NCBI RefSeq assembly: GCF_018350175.1
Contig: NC_058383.1
Coordinates: 12,154,001 to 12,218,000, forward strand
Direction of reading: 5' to 3'
Origin: Felis catus
Lineage: Eukaryota
Length of the DNA: 64,000 nt
A model generated the notes under the pieces. The model was not told the origin of the DNA and did no database searches. It saw only the letters and a program-made list of their open reading frames with translations. Numbering within the stretch: the stretch's first letter is position 1; the number at the start of each line of letters is the position of its first letter. Positions 60,451-64,000 of this stretch are shown here, in pieces. The position numbers and the translations under genes were made by a program.

Positions 60451-61619
60451 CTCTCTGTGATCCGTAATGTATTCCAAAGGCAACCTATTCTGAGCATTCT
60501 GTACTATTTCAGAGATCCTGCAATATAATCGTGTTTCCGGCATTCCAAGAAACCCAATTTTGCCTCCGGGAAGTAAGGTAAGGAACGCTGCCCGCCGGAT
60601 CCTAGAGAGCGCTCAGTCATTTGGTGTTCACCCCTTTGCCTGTAAGGTCAGCCCCTTCTCTCTGTTGGCTCTGTTCTTGGAATAGAAGGCAGGGTGTCTG
60701 GGTCCAACTGAGGAACCCACTCTTCTCCAAGACTAAAACCAGATTTGGCCCCGAACTTCCCGAGCACATGTTAGTCTTTGGAGCTCTCTTTCCCCCGTCC
60801 ACCTCTGATTTATTTAAAAATTACTTTCGAAACCAACTTGAAGCAGCTCAAAATTAATTTAAACTCCCCCAAAACTGAATTTGTCAATGTCCACCATTGT
60901 AATTTGTTACGTTGCATTATAACCCACTACAACCCGTGGCAATGTCAGAACTCCAATGATGTAGTGTAATCGCCACGTACAATATATCATGAGAGCAGTT
61001 TCAGCTTGGATGATAGATGGAGAGAGCCTGGGAAGAATTCGAAAAGAGACTTAAATTTCCAGAATTTTTTTTCTTCCCTTTAAGTGGCTGAAGGCGTCAC
61101 CCCCCCCCAGAGATTACTGAAAGTCCAAATAATTGTTTTCTCTTTCTCGCTCTGCATCGGACAGAGGTCTGCACAGGCAATTAACCCAGCACGTTGGCAG
61201 AATGGCTGAGGCATAATGTGCTTTTGCTATGGCCTTGTAGCTTTGGCCATGGCATTGCCCCATCGGTTGGGGCAGGGAGAGCAAATCTGCTTTTGTTTAA
61301 AGGTGCTAGCAATTATCTACGATCGTGGTCTACCCATCCCTTTGGCAGGCTCTGAACGTCTTGGGTAGGACCGATCCCCAAAAGAGGGGAAGGAATTCAC
61401 CTACAGCCTGACCATCATGCCTGGGCCAACGCCTATCAGGCAACCTGCTGACTTAAATGCCTTGATGCTGGGCTGAAGCTCTACCACCATGGAGAACAAA
61501 CAAATTCATCTACAGCGAGACATAACCTCTAGAGCAAGCAGAAAATACAGCGCACCCACGGATATGGATGATGTCCTGTCATTCTGGTCCTTACCAGAGT
61601 CCCAGACTCCTTTAGCTAA

Positions 61620-61750
61620 CTTCCGCTCAACGGTCCAGCCGTCTCATTTTATGGAGGAGGAACCCCAGGGCCAGCGACTCATGTCAGGTCAACAGCAGGA
61701 CCTTGGAACTGGATCTTGAGATCTCAGGTCCCTTATGGTTTGCACTCTAA
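61620..61750 (-). mobile_element. MIR fragment
   Basis: 'ctcattttatggaggaggaacc'. Confidence 0.6.
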
Positions 61751-62115
61751 ACCGGCAGGTCTCCTTGGTGACTGCCTACCATGCTGATGTGTCCTGATGA
61801 ACTGTGGGTTCGGCCGCAGGTAATTTGTTACTTACAATAACGTTAAAACTCGTGATTTTTTTTTTTTTTTTAGCCATCCTACTTGCTTTGTCGAATGAAA
61901 GAGAAAAACGGACCTGCAACCATCACATTGGAAATTACGTGTACCCCTTGGGAGTGAAATTCACGCTATAATGCTCAAACTCGTTGTATTAGATCGTCAT
62001 GGAATCTAAAATGGGGTGAGAGGTCTGCCAACAGCGCGGAAAGGATCAGAACATCACTGGGGCCACTGAGGACCAGTGTTTCAATGACACAAATTGCCAT
62101 GAAGACTATTCTCTC

Positions 62116-62206
62116 CTTAATGCATGGAATTGAGTCGATATGTTGTATACCCGACACTAATATAACATTGTACATTAATTATGCTTCAATTAAAAATATT
62201 TTTTAA
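62116..62206 (+). mobile_element. Severely 5'-truncated carnivore/L1MA-type L1 3' end
   Basis: 'tatgttgtatacccgacactaatataacattgtac...ttcaattaaaaa'; outer TSD aagacta(t/c)tctctc 62102-62115 / 62642-62655. Confidence 0.85.
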
Positions 62207-62388
62207 GGGGCGCCTGGGTGGTACAGTCGGTTGAGTGTCTGACTCTTGATTTCGTCTCAGGTCATGATCCCAGATTCATGCGATCAAGCCTCACGTCAGG
62301 GTCCACGCTGAGTGTGGAACCTGCTTGAGATTCTCTGTCTCCCTCCCTGTGTCCCTCTCCTCTGCTCATACACTCCCTCTCTCTAAAA

Positions 62389-62397
<9 letters not shown>
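62207..62397 (+). mobile_element. Can-SINE (older type)
   Basis: Full body in the L1 tail. Confidence 0.93.

Positions 62398-62426
<29 letters not shown>
62397..62426. repeat. (TA)n microsatellite
   Basis: Pure AT run between two SINE tails. Confidence 0.95.
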
Positions 62427-62429
<3 letters not shown>

Positions 62430-62625
62430 ATTTTTTAACATTTATTCATTTTTAAGAGACAGAGAGTGGGAGAGGGGCAGAAAGAGAGGGAGACACAGAG
62501 TCTGAAGCAGCTCCAGGCTCTGAGCTGTCAGCACAGAGCCCGATGTGGGGCTTGAACCCACGAGCCGTGAGATCATGACCTGAGCTGAGGTCGGAAGCTT
62601 AACCGACTGAGCCACCCAGCGCCCC
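62426..62625 (-). mobile_element. Can-SINE
   Basis: Full body, tail-to-tail with the previous SINE. Confidence 0.93.
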
Positions 62626-63169
62626 ATATATGTCTTTTCCAAAGACTACTCTCTCTGTGGTACTCTTTGTTCCCATCGCTAGGGTGGTGTTTCTCCATCT
62701 GATAACACACACGCATACATGCGTGCATACATACATACGCACATAAATCCTGTGGGCGTATGAACAGCTCAGAGGAAGCCCAATAACCCGATCACAGAGA
62801 CAAGCCAGGGCCTGTCATGGGCAGAAAGGAGGATAGGGGTGGGCGCATCCTGAGCCCTTGATCATGTAGATGAGCTGAGGGTCTCACCCTCAGACAAGGG
62901 CAGCTGTCAAACAGGTAGAATCATACCCCAGGGTGGAAAGGGAGATGGCCAGAATGAGACACAACCAAGGGCCGCCCGCAAACTCCCCCTGGACCTGTTA
63001 TGGCCTTGATTTGGCTCCCAAGTCTCAACACCGTGGCGATCAGCAGTCAGCAATGGCCCCAGAGCCACTCACGTCACTAGTCCCACTTTCACTTAGCAGC
63101 TTTTGTGGTGGTCCCAGAACCCAACCCCTGTTACACGGAATGGGATGGCGTGGGAAGGTAGATTACGGT

Positions 63170-63285
63170 CACGTCCGGCGCACAGCCTCCGGGGAAGGAC
63201 CCTTGCCATGTGACCTTGGGCTGACACTCAACATCTCGAGCGTCAGTCTTCTCCTCTGCTGCTCCGCACAGTATCTGACCCGAAT
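63170..63285 (+). mobile_element. MIR
   Basis: 'catgtgaccttgggctgacactcaacatctcgagcgtcagtcttctcctctg'. Confidence 0.75.
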
Positions 63286-63786
63286 GACTGGTTCATAAAC
63301 GATAGCTCTCGCGTGTATCGAATCTGAAAGTTCCAGACACTTCAGATAGGCTATCTTATGGCTTGAGTCTATCTAAACTGGATTCTGAAGGCTTGATTGC
63401 TTCTTATCACTTCTGAATCGCCGACAGCATCTTGGCCCCACCCAAGGAAAGAGGCGATCGTTTCATCCTTGCTGAAATATTTCTAAGAGATACACTAACT
63501 CCTGATGCAGATGATGAATATGCTGCACCTGAGCAAAGCAACTGGAATTAATCACAACTGTTCAGTTTCTCGGCGACTATTATTCAACTCGCCCTTGCTG
63601 CAAGGCTCCTTTAAAAATGGACACGCTGAGCTCAAGCCCTAAGGAAAATATCATTTGATGCAAAATCAAAATTTCATCTAAAACCTGGGCAAGAGCTCCA
63701 AATGCCCGTGCTTCCAGAACTTCCTAGGGTATCTCCGCCACTTAAGAGGATTTGTTCGGAACTTGTGAGATTAACGATTCAACCCA

Positions 63787-64000
63787 GGGCGCCCGGGTGG
63801 CTCAGTGGGTTGAGTGTCTGACTCTCGCTTTCGGTTCAGGTCATGATCCCAGGGTTGTGGGATCGAGCCCCGCATCAGGCTCCGTGCTGAGCATGGAGGT
63901 TGCTTGAGGGTCTCTCTCCCTCTCCTTCTGCCCCTCTCCCCTGCTCTCCCTCTCCCTCTCTCTTCCCCTCTCCCTTTCCCACAAAAGAAATAAATAAATA
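63787..64000 (+). mobile_element. Can-SINE running to the window edge
   Basis: Head, CT tract and start of the AATA tail. Confidence 0.93.

Noticed and set aside
1..64000. CRISPR array, prokaryotic or viral system, NUMT, intact ERV or L1 ORFs, specific locus identity
   Set aside because: No repeat-spacer array, operon, mitochondrial or gag/pol/env sequence was seen. The locus cannot be named without alignment.

Overview
Mammalian non-coding genomic DNA from a felid. It contains about 43 tRNA-derived Can-SINEs, including several near-consensus young SINEC_Fc-type copies with intact TSDs. The background is ancient eutherian repeats (L2, MIR, L1M, MLT1, ERVL/ERV1 solo LTRs, MER5/MER45/MER58/MER94) and microsatellites. 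I can support no protein-coding exon, RNA gene or processed pseudogene. The ORF track is explained by repeats and chance ORFs in GC-rich DNA. The window looks intergenic or deep-intronic, and I cannot name the locus. I found no evidence of a novel biological system. The best candidates are regulatory: (i) repeat-free AT-rich islands packed with homeodomain motifs (a HOX/CDX cluster at 4.7-5.2 kb, islands at 48.6, 52.3-52.8 and 59.1-59.6 kb, and a triple NKX2 site); (ii) a perfect four-unit heat-shock element inside an MLT1 LTR; (iii) a CTCF plus ZNF143/THAP11 motif pair inside an ERVL LTR; (iv) orphan CpG-island-like patches; (v) inverted and nested SINE structures. Repeat family names come from recognising consensus sequences by eye and need RepeatMasker/Dfam confirmation. 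Boundaries of old repeats are approximate.
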